From contig JBGUKZ010000097.1 in NCBI GenBank assembly GCA_045114795.1, forward strand, positions 11,466 to 43,465: a stretch of DNA of 32,000 nucleotides, in the 5' to 3' direction. The position numbers and the translations under genes are program-made. Source of the DNA: Anaerovoracaceae bacterium. Lineage in GTDB: Bacteria > Bacillota > Clostridia > Peptostreptococcales > Anaerovoracaceae. Every line of letters begins with the position of its first letter. Position 1 is the first letter of the stretch. Below the pieces are notes generated by a model. That model was not told where the DNA came from. It saw only the letters and a program-made list of their open reading frames with translations, and did no database searches. Below, piece by piece: positions 1-8,878 of the stretch.

Positions 1-1
1 C

Positions 2-205
2 AGCATCAGAAAGGCCAGAAAAGAGAAAGAAAGGGAAAGGGCCCGGATCGAGAGGGAAAAATTCGAGGCGGAGATAATCGCCGCGGGAGGGACTCCAAGT
101 ACGCTGGGCAACGGCAAACTCGAGATGTCTGACGTAGGCGAGGCCGCCGGCAAGGCGAAAGACAAGATAGGCGATCTTTTCGACAAGGAAGACAAAGATG
201 AGTAA
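2..205 (+). CDS. 3' end of an unidentified protein, truncated by the window edge, with a charged Lys/Glu/Arg-rich C-terminus
   Basis: Frame 2 is open from the window edge to TAA at 203-205 (...KLEMSDVGEAAGKAKDKIGDLFDKEDKDE*). The stop overlaps the ATG of the next gene (GATGAGTAA), a typical coupled junction. It is absent from the ORF track because it has no start in the window. No family recognised. Confidence 0.4.
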   Translation, partial: SIRKARKEKERERARIEREKFEAEIIAAGGTPSTLGNGKLEMSDVGEAAGKAKDKIGDLFDKEDKDE

Positions 206-914
206 AGTTCTTATCATAGGCGGATCCCGCGGCATAGGCGCGGAGGCGGTCAGGAAGTTCAGGGCCGCCGGACACGAAGTAGTGTTCACATACCACAGAT
301 CCGAACTCGACGCCGACGCGCTGAGGCAGGAGACCGGCGCGGCGCCTGTCAGGTGCGATGTCAAGTATCCTGATTCCGTCAGGATAGCCGTTGAAAAAGC
401 GGTCAGCGTGCTGGGACAGATAGATGTCCTCATATGCAATGCCGCCATAGCCGACTTCGGCCTGGTGACCGAGATAAAGGAGAGCAGGTGGGAGGAGATA
501 ATCGATACCGACCTGAACGGAGTCTTTTACTGCATCAGGCAAGTGCTGCCGGCCATGATAAGCCGTCAGAAGGGCTGCATCATCACTGTAGGCTCGATGT
601 GGGGCCAGGTGGGCGCTTCATGCGAAGTGGCGTATTCCGCCGCTAAGGCGGGCGTTATCGGGCTCACAAAGGCGCTTGCGAAGGAGGTGGGTCCTTCGGG
701 CGTCAGAGTCAACTGCGTATCGCCGGGAATGATCGATACCGAAATGAACGCCTCCGTGGATGAAGACGCGGTACGCGCCATCGAAGATGATACGCCGCTG
801 TGCAGGACCGGGAGTCCCGCCGAGGTCGCAGGGACCATGCTGTTCCTGGCGTCGGACGACGCTTCTTTCATCACCGGCCAGGTGATAGGGGTGAACGGAG
901 GACTGGTCATCTGA
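198..914 (+). CDS. Short-chain dehydrogenase/reductase (SDR), 3-oxoacyl-ACP reductase-like
   Basis: 238 aa. N-terminal Rossmann motif IIGGSRGIG. Catalytic Y-x-x-x-K in VAYSAAKAG. NCVSPGMIDT and FITGQVIGVNGG are typical of classical SDRs. Confidence 0.88.
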   Translation: MSKVLIIGGSRGIGAEAVRKFRAAGHEVVFTYHRSELDADALRQETGAAPVRCDVKYPDSVRIAVEKAVSVLGQIDVLICNAAIADFGLVTEIKESRWEEIIDTDLNGVFYCIRQVLPAMISRQKGCIITVGSMWGQVGASCEVAYSAAKAGVIGLTKALAKEVGPSGVRVNCVSPGMIDTEMNASVDEDAVRAIEDDTPLCRTGSPAEVAGTMLFLASDDASFITGQVIGVNGGLVI

Positions 915-947
915 GGAACTCGGCAGTGAATATAAACGCATGTTAAG

Positions 948-970
948 AAAGGGCCGTTAAGGCCCTTTTC
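948..970 (+). terminator. Rho-independent terminator-like hairpin after the SDR gene
   Basis: AAAGGGCC (948-955), loop GTTAA, GGCCCTTT (961-968): a perfect 8-bp stem running into TTTT. Confidence 0.5.
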
Positions 971-1009
971 CATATCTTGTGGGTCGCTGAAGGGGCGCAC
1001 ACAAGCATA

Positions 1010-1123
1010 AAAAATGTAAAGAAATCTTTACCTATATATTGTGCAAAAATGTAAAGCAGACACTACATATTGTGCCTGCTTTTTATTTTTCGCGTTTTTT
1101 CGATTTGTAAAGCCGACTTTACA
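1010..1123 (+). repeat. Three TGTAAAG-containing elements: a tandem direct repeat plus two palindromes, function unknown
   Basis: Unit A (1010-1044) is AAAAATGTAAAG...ATATTGTGC. It is directly followed by unit B (1045-1075) with the same ends. GTAAAG-AAAT-CTTTAC at 1016-1031 and TGTAAAG-CCGA-CTTTACA at 1106-1123 are perfect inverted repeats. 1050-1067 (TGTAAAGCAGACACTACA) is a degenerate copy of 1106-1123. Confidence 0.6.
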
Positions 1124-1130
1124 CAAAAAA

Positions 1131-1188
1131 GTGGGGGAAACATAACAAAAAATAAGGTTTTCTGTTTGAAAGGTGGGGAAAAGTGGGG
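1131..1188 (+). promoter_or_regulatory. Putative MraZ operator: three GTGGGG direct repeats
   Basis: GTGGGG occurs at 1131-1136, 1173-1178 and 1183-1188, each preceded by an A-run. The last two are exactly 10 bp apart. MraZ operators described in E. coli, Mycoplasma and Bacillus are GTGGG/AAAGTG-type direct repeats with about 10-bp periodicity near the mraZ promoter. Confidence 0.55.
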
Positions 1189-1194
1189 TAAAAT
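1166..1194 (+). promoter_or_regulatory. Candidate mraZ/dcw promoter (TTGAAA-17 bp-TAAAAT)
   Basis: TTGAAA at 1166-1171 and TAAAAT at 1189-1194 with a 17-bp spacer, about 65 nt upstream of the mraZ ATG. Two GTGGGG boxes lie inside the spacer. Confidence 0.5.
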
Positions 1195-1260
1195 CGATTT
1201 AACAACCCGAAGACCAACACATGGAAAAGAAGGCGCAAAGCCAGCGATTTCAAGGGAAAG

Positions 1261-1692
1261 ATGTTTCTAGGCACATATCAGAACAAAATCGATGATAAAA
1301 ACCGCATGGCGGTCCCGGCAAAGTTCAGGGATCAGCTTGGCGGCAGGTGTGTGATCACCAAGGGATTCGACGAATGCCTCTACATCTACACGATGGAGGA
1401 CTTCGAAGCGACGGCCGCGAAGATCGCGGCGCTGCCGCAGTCGGATGCCGGATTCCGTGAGTTCATCAGAGACTTCTTCGCCAACACGGAAATTTGCGAC
1501 TTCGATGCCCAGGGAAGGATCAAGATACCGCAGAACCTCAGGGATTACGCGCATATCACAAAGGATCTGATCACCATGGGCGCCATGGACAAGGTGGAGA
1601 TCTGGAGCGCTGAGACAAAGGCGGACTTCGACATGGCCGGAAAGATGAAGGACAGGAAGTTCACAGACAGGCTCAGAGAGTACGGCATCTAA
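1261..1692 (+). CDS. mraZ: Transcriptional regulator MraZ
   Basis: 143 aa. MFLGTYQNKIDDKNRMAVPAKFR and a second DAQGRIKIPQNLR give the duplicated DxxxR SpoVT/AbrB-like motifs of MraZ. It is the first gene of the dcw cluster. Confidence 0.97.
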   Translation: MFLGTYQNKIDDKNRMAVPAKFRDQLGGRCVITKGFDECLYIYTMEDFEATAAKIAALPQSDAGFREFIRDFFANTEICDFDAQGRIKIPQNLRDYAHITKDLITMGAMDKVEIWSAETKADFDMAGKMKDRKFTDRLREYGI

Positions 1693-1701
1693 GGTGACAT
1701 C

Positions 1702-2634
1702 ATGGAATTCGAACACGTACCCGTACTGTTTGACGAAGTGATGGAAGCCCTGAACATAAAACCGGACGGCATATATGTCGACGGGACCGTGGGAGGCGGC
1801 GGACATTCCGAAGGAATCTGCCGGAGGCTCACGGAAAGCGGGATGCTGATAGCGGTCGACAGAGACCGTGAGGCTCTGGCCGCTGCGGAGCGGAGGCTTG
1901 CCGGATACGGATGCGAAAAGAGATTCGTTCACGCGAACTACAGCGATACCGAAGCGATCGCGGCCGCCGCCGGCAGAAAGGTGCAGGGCATACTCCTCGA
2001 CCTGGGAGTCAGCTCATATCAGCTGGACAACCCCGAAAGAGGCTTCTCCTACATGCAGGACGCTCCTCTGGACATGAGGATGGATGAGACGGACAGGCTG
2101 ACCGCTTACGACATAGTGAACGGATACAGCAGGGAAGAACTCACAAGGATCATCAGGGACTACGGAGAAGAGCGCTGGGCATCCAGGATAGCCGAATTCA
2201 TAGCCAGGGAAAGGGCCGGATCGCCGATAGAGTCGACTGGGAGGCTGACAGAGGTGATAAAGGCAGCGATCCCGGCAAAGGCAAGACGGACGGGGCCGCA
2301 TCCGGCAAAGAGGACCTTCCAGGCGATAAGGATCGAGGTAAACGACGAGCTCGGGCACCTGAGGGAGGCGGTGGAAAAGCTGCCGGACCTGCTCGACAGC
2401 GGAGGCAGGATAGCGATCATCACATTCCACTCGCTGGAGGACCGCATAGTGAAGACGGAGTTCGAGAGAAGGCTCGACCCGTGCACATGCCCTAAGGAAC
2501 TTCCGGTATGCGTCTGCGGAAAGGTGGCTGACGTAAAGAGAGTCACCAGGAAGCCGGTCATACCTTCGCAGGAAGAGACAGAGACAAATCCGAGAGCCAG
2601 AAGCGCCAAGCTGAGAGTTCTCGAAAAGTTATAA
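1702..2634 (+). CDS. rsmH: 16S rRNA (cytosine1402-N4)-methyltransferase RsmH (MraW)
   Basis: 310 aa. [36 protein letters not shown] and [12 protein letters not shown] are hallmark RsmH motifs. The gene sits directly after mraZ. Confidence 0.97.
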   Translation: MEFEHVPVLFDEVMEALNIKPDGIYVDGTVGGGGHSEGICRRLTESGMLIAVDRDREALAAAERRLAGYGCEKRFVHANYSDTEAIAAAAGRKVQGILLDLGVSSYQLDNPERGFSYMQDAPLDMRMDETDRLTAYDIVNGYSREELTRIIRDYGEERWASRIAEFIARERAGSPIESTGRLTEVIKAAIPAKARRTGPHPAKRTFQAIRIEVNDELGHLREAVEKLPDLLDSGGRIAIITFHSLEDRIVKTEFERRLDPCTCPKELPVCVCGKVADVKRVTRKPVIPSQEETETNPRARSAKLRVLEKL

Positions 2635-2669
2635 GACACACAGGACACACTTACAGGACACAGGGAAAC

Positions 2670-3029
2670 ATGATGAGCAGAGAAGAGAGAATCAGAGCCG
2701 ACCGTTTGAAGGCTGACAAAAGAAGCGCGGTCAGATTGCTGACTGTAATAATGATAGGCGTATTCGTGCTCATAGGCATGAGATCTTACGCTGCGATACT
2801 CCAGCATGAAAACAACATGCTGATCGAACAGAACGAGTACCTGCAGGCTGAGATAGATTCTCTGAGCAGCCAGATCACTGAAGAGACCAACGTCACAAGA
2901 ATAGAAAGAATAGCGACCAAGAAGTACGGCATGGTATACCCATCCGCCGACAACTGCGTTGTTCTCAGCACCGGCGATGTCGGAGCGCGCAATCTGGCAT
3001 CCCTGATCAGAAGCGAAGCATACAACTGA
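2670..3029 (+). CDS. ftsL: Cell division protein FtsL / septum formation initiator-like
   Basis: 119 aa. Basic N-terminus, a single TM (LLTVIMIGVFVLIGM), then a coiled-coil (NEYLQAEIDSLSSQI) and a conserved RIERIATKKYGM tail. Canonical position between rsmH and the PBP gene. Confidence 0.8.
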   Translation: MMSREERIRADRLKADKRSAVRLLTVIMIGVFVLIGMRSYAAILQHENNMLIEQNEYLQAEIDSLSSQITEETNVTRIERIATKKYGMVYPSADNCVVLSTGDVGARNLASLIRSEAYN

Positions 3030-3048
3030 TACAGGCGCGTATCTTAAG

Positions 3049-3086
3049 ATGCCACTGACCCCGCAAAAGGCTCGGTGGCATTTTTT
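3049..3086 (+). terminator. Rho-independent terminator-like hairpin after ftsL
   Basis: ATGCCAC (3049-3055) pairs with GTGGCAT (3075-3081), with extra partial pairing, followed by a T6 run (3081-3086). Confidence 0.55.
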
Positions 3087-3140
3087 ATAGAAGTACAGGG
3101 TCTAAATGCGGTATATACCTTTAATTCACAATACAATATG

Positions 3141-3149
3141 TGGTATACT
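3141..3149 (+). promoter_or_regulatory. Extended -10 promoter element (TGgTATACT) for the PBP-mraY-murD... genes
   Basis: TGGTATACT lies about 33 nt upstream of the RBS-supported ATG at 3182. The -35 is weak (TTAATT at 3121-3126). Confidence 0.5.
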
Positions 3150-3181
3150 TTATCCGTATGTGCATGACCGGAAGAGGAAGT

Positions 3182-5230
3182 ATGAGCACTGAGAAAAAGC
3201 TTGATAAAAAGAGAGAAAAAATAAGAAAAAAAGCGCTTGAGGAAGACGTCGGCGTTATCACCTCAAAGAACCGCAACAGGCTGGCCTTCGGCTTTGGCGT
3301 GGTGCTTTTTCTTATGTTCGCGCTCATGCTCAGGATGGGATACTGGCAGATCTACAGGGCTGATGAACTCAGACTGATGGCTGCCGACATGCAGAAGGTA
3401 GATACTGAGATCGAACCGGCCAGAGGAGCGATATACGACTCGCGCATGAACCTCCTCGCTGAGTCGGTCACTGAATACGAACTGTACGCGTATTCACAGT
3501 TCATATATAAGGATGAAAGCATCAGCAACGACGACAAGGCAAAGACCATCCTGACGCTTTCGAACATCACCGGCAAGGACGCCGCCACGGTACAGGCCAT
3601 GCTTGAGGGCGAGGAGAATCTGATCCTCGTCGCGGACGGACTGACAAGGGAACAGGTGGAAAGGGCCGAGGAGGAGTTCGGAAGCAATGTGATGGTCAAG
3701 ACCAAGGCTTCGAGGTATTATCCTAACGGCGCTTTTGCCGCGCAGATCCTCGGAGGCGTCAACTCCGACAATGTGGGACGTTCGGGGCTTGAATACGAAT
3801 ACAACTCGGATCTCGCAGGCGTCAAGGGCAGGACCGTAAGGGTCACCGACAACAACGGCGATACGCTCTCGAACGGCAAGTCCAAGTATTACAAGGCGCA
3901 GGACGGATACAGCATAGTCACGACCATAGATTCCGTCATACAGCATTTCGTCGAGGACGCGCTTGAAACGGGCATGAGAAGGACAGGCGCGGATGCCATC
4001 ACATGCATCGTGATGGATCCGAAGACCGGCGACATACTCGCCATGGCCACTACTCCGGAATACGACCCTAACGACGCGGACCGTCCGTCGGATCCGCTGG
4101 CGTACAAGAAGTTCGAGCAGATGGACGATTCAGAAAAGACCGAGTATCTCAGCAGCATGTGGAAGATAAACGCGGTAAGCGACGTGTATGAGCCGGGCTC
4201 GACATTCAAGCTGATCGCCGCTGCCGCGGCTCTTGAATCGGGTTCCGCGACGATGAAATCCATGTATAAATGCACGGGAGCCATCAAGGTAGACAACTAT
4301 TACCTGCACTGTCTGTACACCCACGGAAAGGAAGACCTCAAGGAAGCGGTAGGAAACTCCTGCAACCCGGCTCTCGCGAAGGTCGCGCTCGACATGGGCG
4401 GTAAGACATTCTACAACTACATAGACCTTTTCGGCTTCAATGACCAGACCGGTGTCGATCTTCCGGGCGAAGGATATTCGATCGTCAAGGATCCGGCCAC
4501 TATGAGCGATGTCGACCTTGCTACGACCGGATACGGACAGGGCATAGCCGTCACGCCGCTCCAGCTGCTCTGCGCAGTCAACAGCATGGGCAATGACGGA
4601 GTGCTGATGAAGCCGAAGATCGTGAAAAAGATAGTGGACTCCGAGGGCAATACGGTCAGGGAGATGGAGGACGTCGCGGTAAGACAGGTCATCTCCAAGG
4701 AGACTGCCGACATGATGAAAGAGATCATGGAATACTATGTATCCGACGCAGGCGGAACGACCGCTTACGTACCGGGATACAGGGTCGGAGGCAAGACCGG
4801 TACCGCCAACCGTGTATCGGGAAAGAAGTACAGCGCGGCTACGAACACGTCGTTCGTCGTCATGGCGCCGATGGACGATCCTGTGATCTCGATGATTTGT
4901 ATCGTCTACAGACCTACGAAGGTGCAGTACGGTTCGTACACCGCGGGACCTATCGTGAAGGAGATCACCGAGAAATCCCTGGAGTACATGGGTGTAGAGC
5001 GCAAGTACACGAAAGAAGAAGAAAAAGCCGCGAAGAAGAACAAGGTCAAGGTGCCGGACATCACCGGCATGGACAGTCTGGACGCGGTAAAGACCGTAGA
5101 ATACAACAATCTCAAATATACGGTGATGCCTGAGGATCTGAAAGGACAGTCCTTCGTAGTAGTGGACCAGTATCCGAAGGCGGGCACCAAAGTGGAAAAA
5201 GGAACGACAGTATACATTTACAGCGAATGA
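3182..5230 (+). CDS. Class B penicillin-binding protein (FtsI/PBP2B/SpoVD-type transpeptidase) with a C-terminal PASTA domain
   Basis: Motifs SxxK (GSTFK), SxN (NSCN) and KTG (GGKTGTAN). N-terminal TM (FGFGVVLFLMFALML). The C-terminal roughly 65 aa look like PASTA (VPDITGM...VVDQYPKAG...VYIYSE). I chose ATG 3182 (MSTEKK) because GGAAGAGGAAG precedes it. The track start at 3140 lies inside the putative -10 element. Confidence 0.93.
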   Translation: MSTEKKLDKKREKIRKKALEEDVGVITSKNRNRLAFGFGVVLFLMFALMLRMGYWQIYRADELRLMAADMQKVDTEIEPARGAIYDSRMNLLAESVTEYELYAYSQFIYKDESISNDDKAKTILTLSNITGKDAATVQAMLEGEENLILVADGLTREQVERAEEEFGSNVMVKTKASRYYPNGAFAAQILGGVNSDNVGRSGLEYEYNSDLAGVKGRTVRVTDNNGDTLSNGKSKYYKAQDGYSIVTTIDSVIQHFVEDALETGMRRTGADAITCIVMDPKTGDILAMATTPEYDPNDADRPSDPLAYKKFEQMDDSEKTEYLSSMWKINAVSDVYEPGSTFKLIAAAAALESGSATMKSMYKCTGAIKVDNYYLHCLYTHGKEDLKEAVGNSCNPALAKVALDMGGKTFYNYIDLFGFNDQTGVDLPGEGYSIVKDPATMSDVDLATTGYGQGIAVTPLQLLCAVNSMGNDGVLMKPKIVKKIVDSEGNTVREMEDVAVRQVISKETADMMKEIMEYYVSDAGGTTAYVPGYRVGGKTGTANRVSGKKYSAATNTSFVVMAPMDDPVISMICIVYRPTKVQYGSYTAGPIVKEITEKSLEYMGVERKYTKEEEKAAKKNKVKVPDITGMDSLDAVKTVEYNNLKYTVMPEDLKGQSFVVVDQYPKAGTKVEKGTTVYIYSE

Positions 5231-5231
5231 T

Positions 5232-6218
5232 ATGGTAAACACTCACGGAACAACGACATACGCTCTCATAGCAGCCATAGCCTTCGCGGTCACAATGCTT
5301 GTGACCGCGCGAATGATACCGCTTCTGAGACAGAAGCAGTTTGGCCAGTTCATCAGGGAGGAAGGGCCTGAGGCTCATCTCAGCAAGGCCGGGACTCCGA
5401 CAATGGGAGGGATCGCCTTCATAATCGGCATTACGGCCGCTGTCGTTATCAGCATGTTCATGCCGGCAAGCGACACGACGGGTAAGATCGCGATACTCCT
5501 GAGCATGTACGCGTTCGGCGCTATCGGCTTCATAGACGACTACAACAAGATAGCCAAAAAGCAGAATGAAGGCCTTACCCCGAAGCAGAAGCTCCTGCTT
5601 CAGGCGGTATTCGGCCTCGCGCTCGCGATATTCATGATGACCAAGGAAGGAACGACGATGTTCATCCCGTTCTTCCGCAAGACCGTCGACTTCGGGATCC
5701 TGTATATCCCGTTCATCGTCTTCATCGAGATAGCGATGGCCAACGCGGTGAATCTCACCGACGGCCTTGACGGCCTCGCCTCCAGCAATTCCGCGATCGT
5801 GGCATGCACCTTCGCGATAATAGGCATGAGCGTCCGCGGCGGGAGCGAACCGATGGCGGTCGCGGGTCAGGCGGTCTTCGGAGCGCTGGCGGCCTTCCTG
5901 CTTTACAATCACTATCCGGCAAAGATATTCATGGGAGACACGGGATCGATGGCCCTGGGAGGAGTGCTCTCGGCGATGGCGATAGTCGGCCACATGGAAT
6001 GGCTGCTGCCGCTCGCGGGGCTCATATACGTGGCCGAGGCCCTGTCTGTGATAATCCAGGTCACATACTTCAAGAAAACGGGCGGCAAGAGAGTGTTCAG
6101 GATGGCGCCTATCCATCACCACTTCGAACTCGGCGGATGGCATGAGACAAAAGTGGTGAAGGTGTTCTGCCTGGTCACATTCATCTGCTGCATCATAGCG
6201 TATTTCTCAGTGAGATAA
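5232..6218 (+). CDS. mraY: Phospho-N-acetylmuramoyl-pentapeptide transferase MraY
   Basis: 328 aa polytopic membrane protein. KAGTPTMGG, DDYNKI, NAVNLTDGLDGLA, MGDTGSMALGG and PIHHHFEL are MraY signatures. Confidence 0.97.
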   Translation: MVNTHGTTTYALIAAIAFAVTMLVTARMIPLLRQKQFGQFIREEGPEAHLSKAGTPTMGGIAFIIGITAAVVISMFMPASDTTGKIAILLSMYAFGAIGFIDDYNKIAKKQNEGLTPKQKLLLQAVFGLALAIFMMTKEGTTMFIPFFRKTVDFGILYIPFIVFIEIAMANAVNLTDGLDGLASSNSAIVACTFAIIGMSVRGGSEPMAVAGQAVFGALAAFLLYNHYPAKIFMGDTGSMALGGVLSAMAIVGHMEWLLPLAGLIYVAEALSVIIQVTYFKKTGGKRVFRMAPIHHHFELGGWHETKVVKVFCLVTFICCIIAYFSVR

Positions 6219-6250
6219 CGGAGAAAGCAAGTCATAAAAGGGTAGAAAAA

Positions 6251-7636
6251 ATGAAAAGAGGAAAAGAATACACACAGTCACTGAAAGATAAAAAAGTGCT
6301 GGTAGTCGGTCTGGGAAAATCCGGCAAGGCTGCCGCCAGGGCTCTCAACGAGGCCGGCGCGGCGGTTTTTGTACAGGATTCCAAGACCGCTGAAAATCTT
6401 GACACGCAGTTCATCCGCTACATGCAGAACGAGGGCATCACGGCATATCTCGGGAGCGTACCGGAAGACATGACGGCCTTTGACATGCTGGTGCTGAGTC
6501 CGGGAGTGCCGACAACTCTTGATTACATCGAAGAGGCGCGCCGCGCGGGCACGGAGATAACAGGCGAGCTCGAGCTGGCGTACAGGCTCGGCGACGGACA
6601 GTTCATAGCGATAACGGGAACGAACGGAAAGACCACTACCACGACGCTCGTAGGAGAGATATTCAAGGCCGCGGGGCGCGACACCGCTGTAGTCGGCAAT
6701 ATCGGTAGCCCTGTAATCAGCGAGGCTGCGGGCAGTCCTGAGAGCAAGTGGCTGGTCACGGAGGTATCGTCATTCCAGCTGGAGACCACGGATTATTTCA
6801 GGCCTTCAGTATCGGCGATACTCAACCTTACGCCGGACCACCTCAACAGACACGGCACGATGGAGGCATACGGAGCGGCCAAGGCCCGCATAGCGGCCAA
6901 TCAGTCCACTGAGGAGTACCTCGTCATCAATCTTGACGATCCGCAGGCATACGCTCTCGCAAAGGACACGGCCGCGACAGTCATACCATTCAGCAGAAAG
7001 ACCGTCCCGGCTGCCGGAGCATATCTGGACGGCACTGAGATAAAAGTCAGGGGCCTCGACGGAGCGGAACATCTTATCTGCGACAGATCTGAACTGAAAA
7101 TAATAGGCGACCACAACGTGGAGAACGTGCTGGCCGCTTCCGCTATATCATTGTTCGCCGGGATAGATCCGGAGGTCATATCCTCCGCGGTCAGAGAGTT
7201 CCCGGGAGTAGAGCACAGGATAGAGTTCTGCGGGAACGTCGACGGAGTCGACTATTACAACGATTCAAAGGGCACGAACGTGGATGCTGCGGTCATTGCT
7301 CTCAAGGCGCTCAGGGACGGCGTGATCCTCATAGCGGGAGGAGACGGCAAGAGCCAGGATTTCACGGAACTGGCACGTCATTTTGCCGGATGCGTCGAAG
7401 CTCTGGTGCTCCTCGGAAGAGACGCTCCTGTCATCGAGGAAGCGGCGAGAAAAGAGGGATTCACAAACATATACAACTGCAAGGACATGCCTGAGTGCGT
7501 GCGCACCGCGGCCGCTCTCGCGAAGCCGGGACAGAAGGTGCTTCTGTCGCCTGCGTGCGCCAGCTGGGACATGTACGATAATTTTGAGCAGAGAGGCAGA
7601 CACTTCAAACAATGCGTAAAGGAAATGCTGAAGTAA
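6251..7636 (+). CDS. murD: UDP-N-acetylmuramoyl-L-alanine--D-glutamate ligase MurD
   Basis: 461 aa. N-terminal Rossmann GLGKSGKAAA, Mur ligase P-loop ITGTNGKTTTT, LNLTPDHLNRHG and DSKGTN. Located between mraY and ftsW. Confidence 0.95.
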   Translation: MKRGKEYTQSLKDKKVLVVGLGKSGKAAARALNEAGAAVFVQDSKTAENLDTQFIRYMQNEGITAYLGSVPEDMTAFDMLVLSPGVPTTLDYIEEARRAGTEITGELELAYRLGDGQFIAITGTNGKTTTTTLVGEIFKAAGRDTAVVGNIGSPVISEAAGSPESKWLVTEVSSFQLETTDYFRPSVSAILNLTPDHLNRHGTMEAYGAAKARIAANQSTEEYLVINLDDPQAYALAKDTAATVIPFSRKTVPAAGAYLDGTEIKVRGLDGAEHLICDRSELKIIGDHNVENVLAASAISLFAGIDPEVISSAVREFPGVEHRIEFCGNVDGVDYYNDSKGTNVDAAVIALKALRDGVILIAGGDGKSQDFTELARHFAGCVEALVLLGRDAPVIEEAARKEGFTNIYNCKDMPECVRTAAALAKPGQKVLLSPACASWDMYDNFEQRGRHFKQCVKEMLK

Positions 7637-7644
7637 AAGAGAAA

Positions 7645-8874
7645 ATGAGCATGGCGGAAAAAGCCAGGATACGCAGGGCCATCAGGCGGGAAAGGCGCGG
7701 TAAAAACAGGGACGCCGTTTCCGGCGTGGCCGGCGTGGCTGATGAGGCAAGGAGCTTCGGGCGCGGACTCGGCAGGGTCATAAGCGGCTACGATTTCGGC
7801 GTGGTCGTGCTCGTTTTATTGCTGTCGCTCTTCGGGATAGCCATGGTATTCAGCGCGGGATATTATCAGACGATCAATTCCATCGATCCGAACCCGACGT
7901 ATTTTCTGTTCAGGCAGGCGCTCTGGGTAGGCACGGGACTGATATGGATGCTCATCATCGCGAACCTGGATTATCACATATACATGAAGGTCTCCACGCT
8001 GATATTGTTAGGCAGTCTGGCGGTGCTCACGGCGGTTATCCTGACAAGTTCGACCGTAGGCGGCGCCCAGAGAGGACTGGGCGCGATCGGCGTAACACCG
8101 AGTGAGTTCTGCAAGGTCGCGATGATAATCTGGACGTCCTGCTACCTGATAAAGGATCCTTCGAACATAAGGACCCCGCAGGGACTGTTCACGCTTCTCG
8201 TCGTGATAGGACTTCACTTTTTCCTGATCGTAAAGCAGCCGAACCTCTCGACGGCCATCGTACTGGCGGCGATCATGATCGCCATCATGCTGGTCGCCGG
8301 ACTCAACTACCTGTTCCTGGCTATTCCGTTCGGAGCCGCTGTAGCGGGTTATTTCTACATAATCACCAAGAAAACACCGGAGCACTGGTATAACAGGATA
8401 TCCAGTTTCATGGATCCGTTCGCCTACAGGCAGGAGGAAGGATATCAGGTAACGCAGGGACTCATAGCACTGGGGAACGGGGGCCTCAAAGGGCTCGGAT
8501 TCGGCCGCAGCGTCGCGAAGACCCTGTACCTTCCTGACCCTCAGAACGACTTCATTCTCGCCGTGCTGGGTGAAGAACTGGGCTACATAGGCTTCATGGT
8601 ACTGATGCTGGTATACATAATCCTCCTTTGCAGGCTGTTCATGATAGCCCTTAAGGCAAAGGACAGACTCGGGTTCTATTTGGCGACCGGAGTGGCCGTA
8701 ATGCTCGGACTGCAGGTGATAATCAACGTCGCGGTAGTTACCTCGTCCATGCCTGCTACCGGCATCACACTTCCGTTCATCAGTTACGGAGGCACGTCCA
8801 TGTGGTCGTTCATGATGGCGATGGGCATAGCGCTCAATGTATCCCGCAAACAAAGGAAGTTAAAGAGAAATTAA
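7645..8874 (+). CDS. ftsW: Peptidoglycan glycosyltransferase FtsW (SEDS family, FtsW/RodA/SpoVE)
   Basis: Polytopic membrane protein with SEDS motifs (PSEFCK, QPNLSTA, ALGNGGLKGLGFG, LPDPQNDFI, PATGITLPFISYGG). The start is uncertain. ATG 7645 lies just after the murD stop. The track start 7612 would overlap murD by 25 nt and has no RBS. Confidence 0.9.
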   Translation: MSMAEKARIRRAIRRERRGKNRDAVSGVAGVADEARSFGRGLGRVISGYDFGVVVLVLLLSLFGIAMVFSAGYYQTINSIDPNPTYFLFRQALWVGTGLIWMLIIANLDYHIYMKVSTLILLGSLAVLTAVILTSSTVGGAQRGLGAIGVTPSEFCKVAMIIWTSCYLIKDPSNIRTPQGLFTLLVVIGLHFFLIVKQPNLSTAIVLAAIMIAIMLVAGLNYLFLAIPFGAAVAGYFYIITKKTPEHWYNRISSFMDPFAYRQEEGYQVTQGLIALGNGGLKGLGFGRSVAKTLYLPDPQNDFILAVLGEELGYIGFMVLMLVYIILLCRLFMIALKAKDRLGFYLATGVAVMLGLQVIINVAVVTSSMPATGITLPFISYGGTSMWSFMMAMGIALNVSRKQRKLKRN

Positions 8875-8878
8875 AGAG

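Noticed and set aside
1070-1270. A 66-aa plus-strand ORF in the mraZ upstream region.
   Set aside because: It spans the promoter and GTGGGG operator boxes, has no RBS, gives an odd low-complexity translation, and runs into the mraZ start. It is a regulatory region, not coding.
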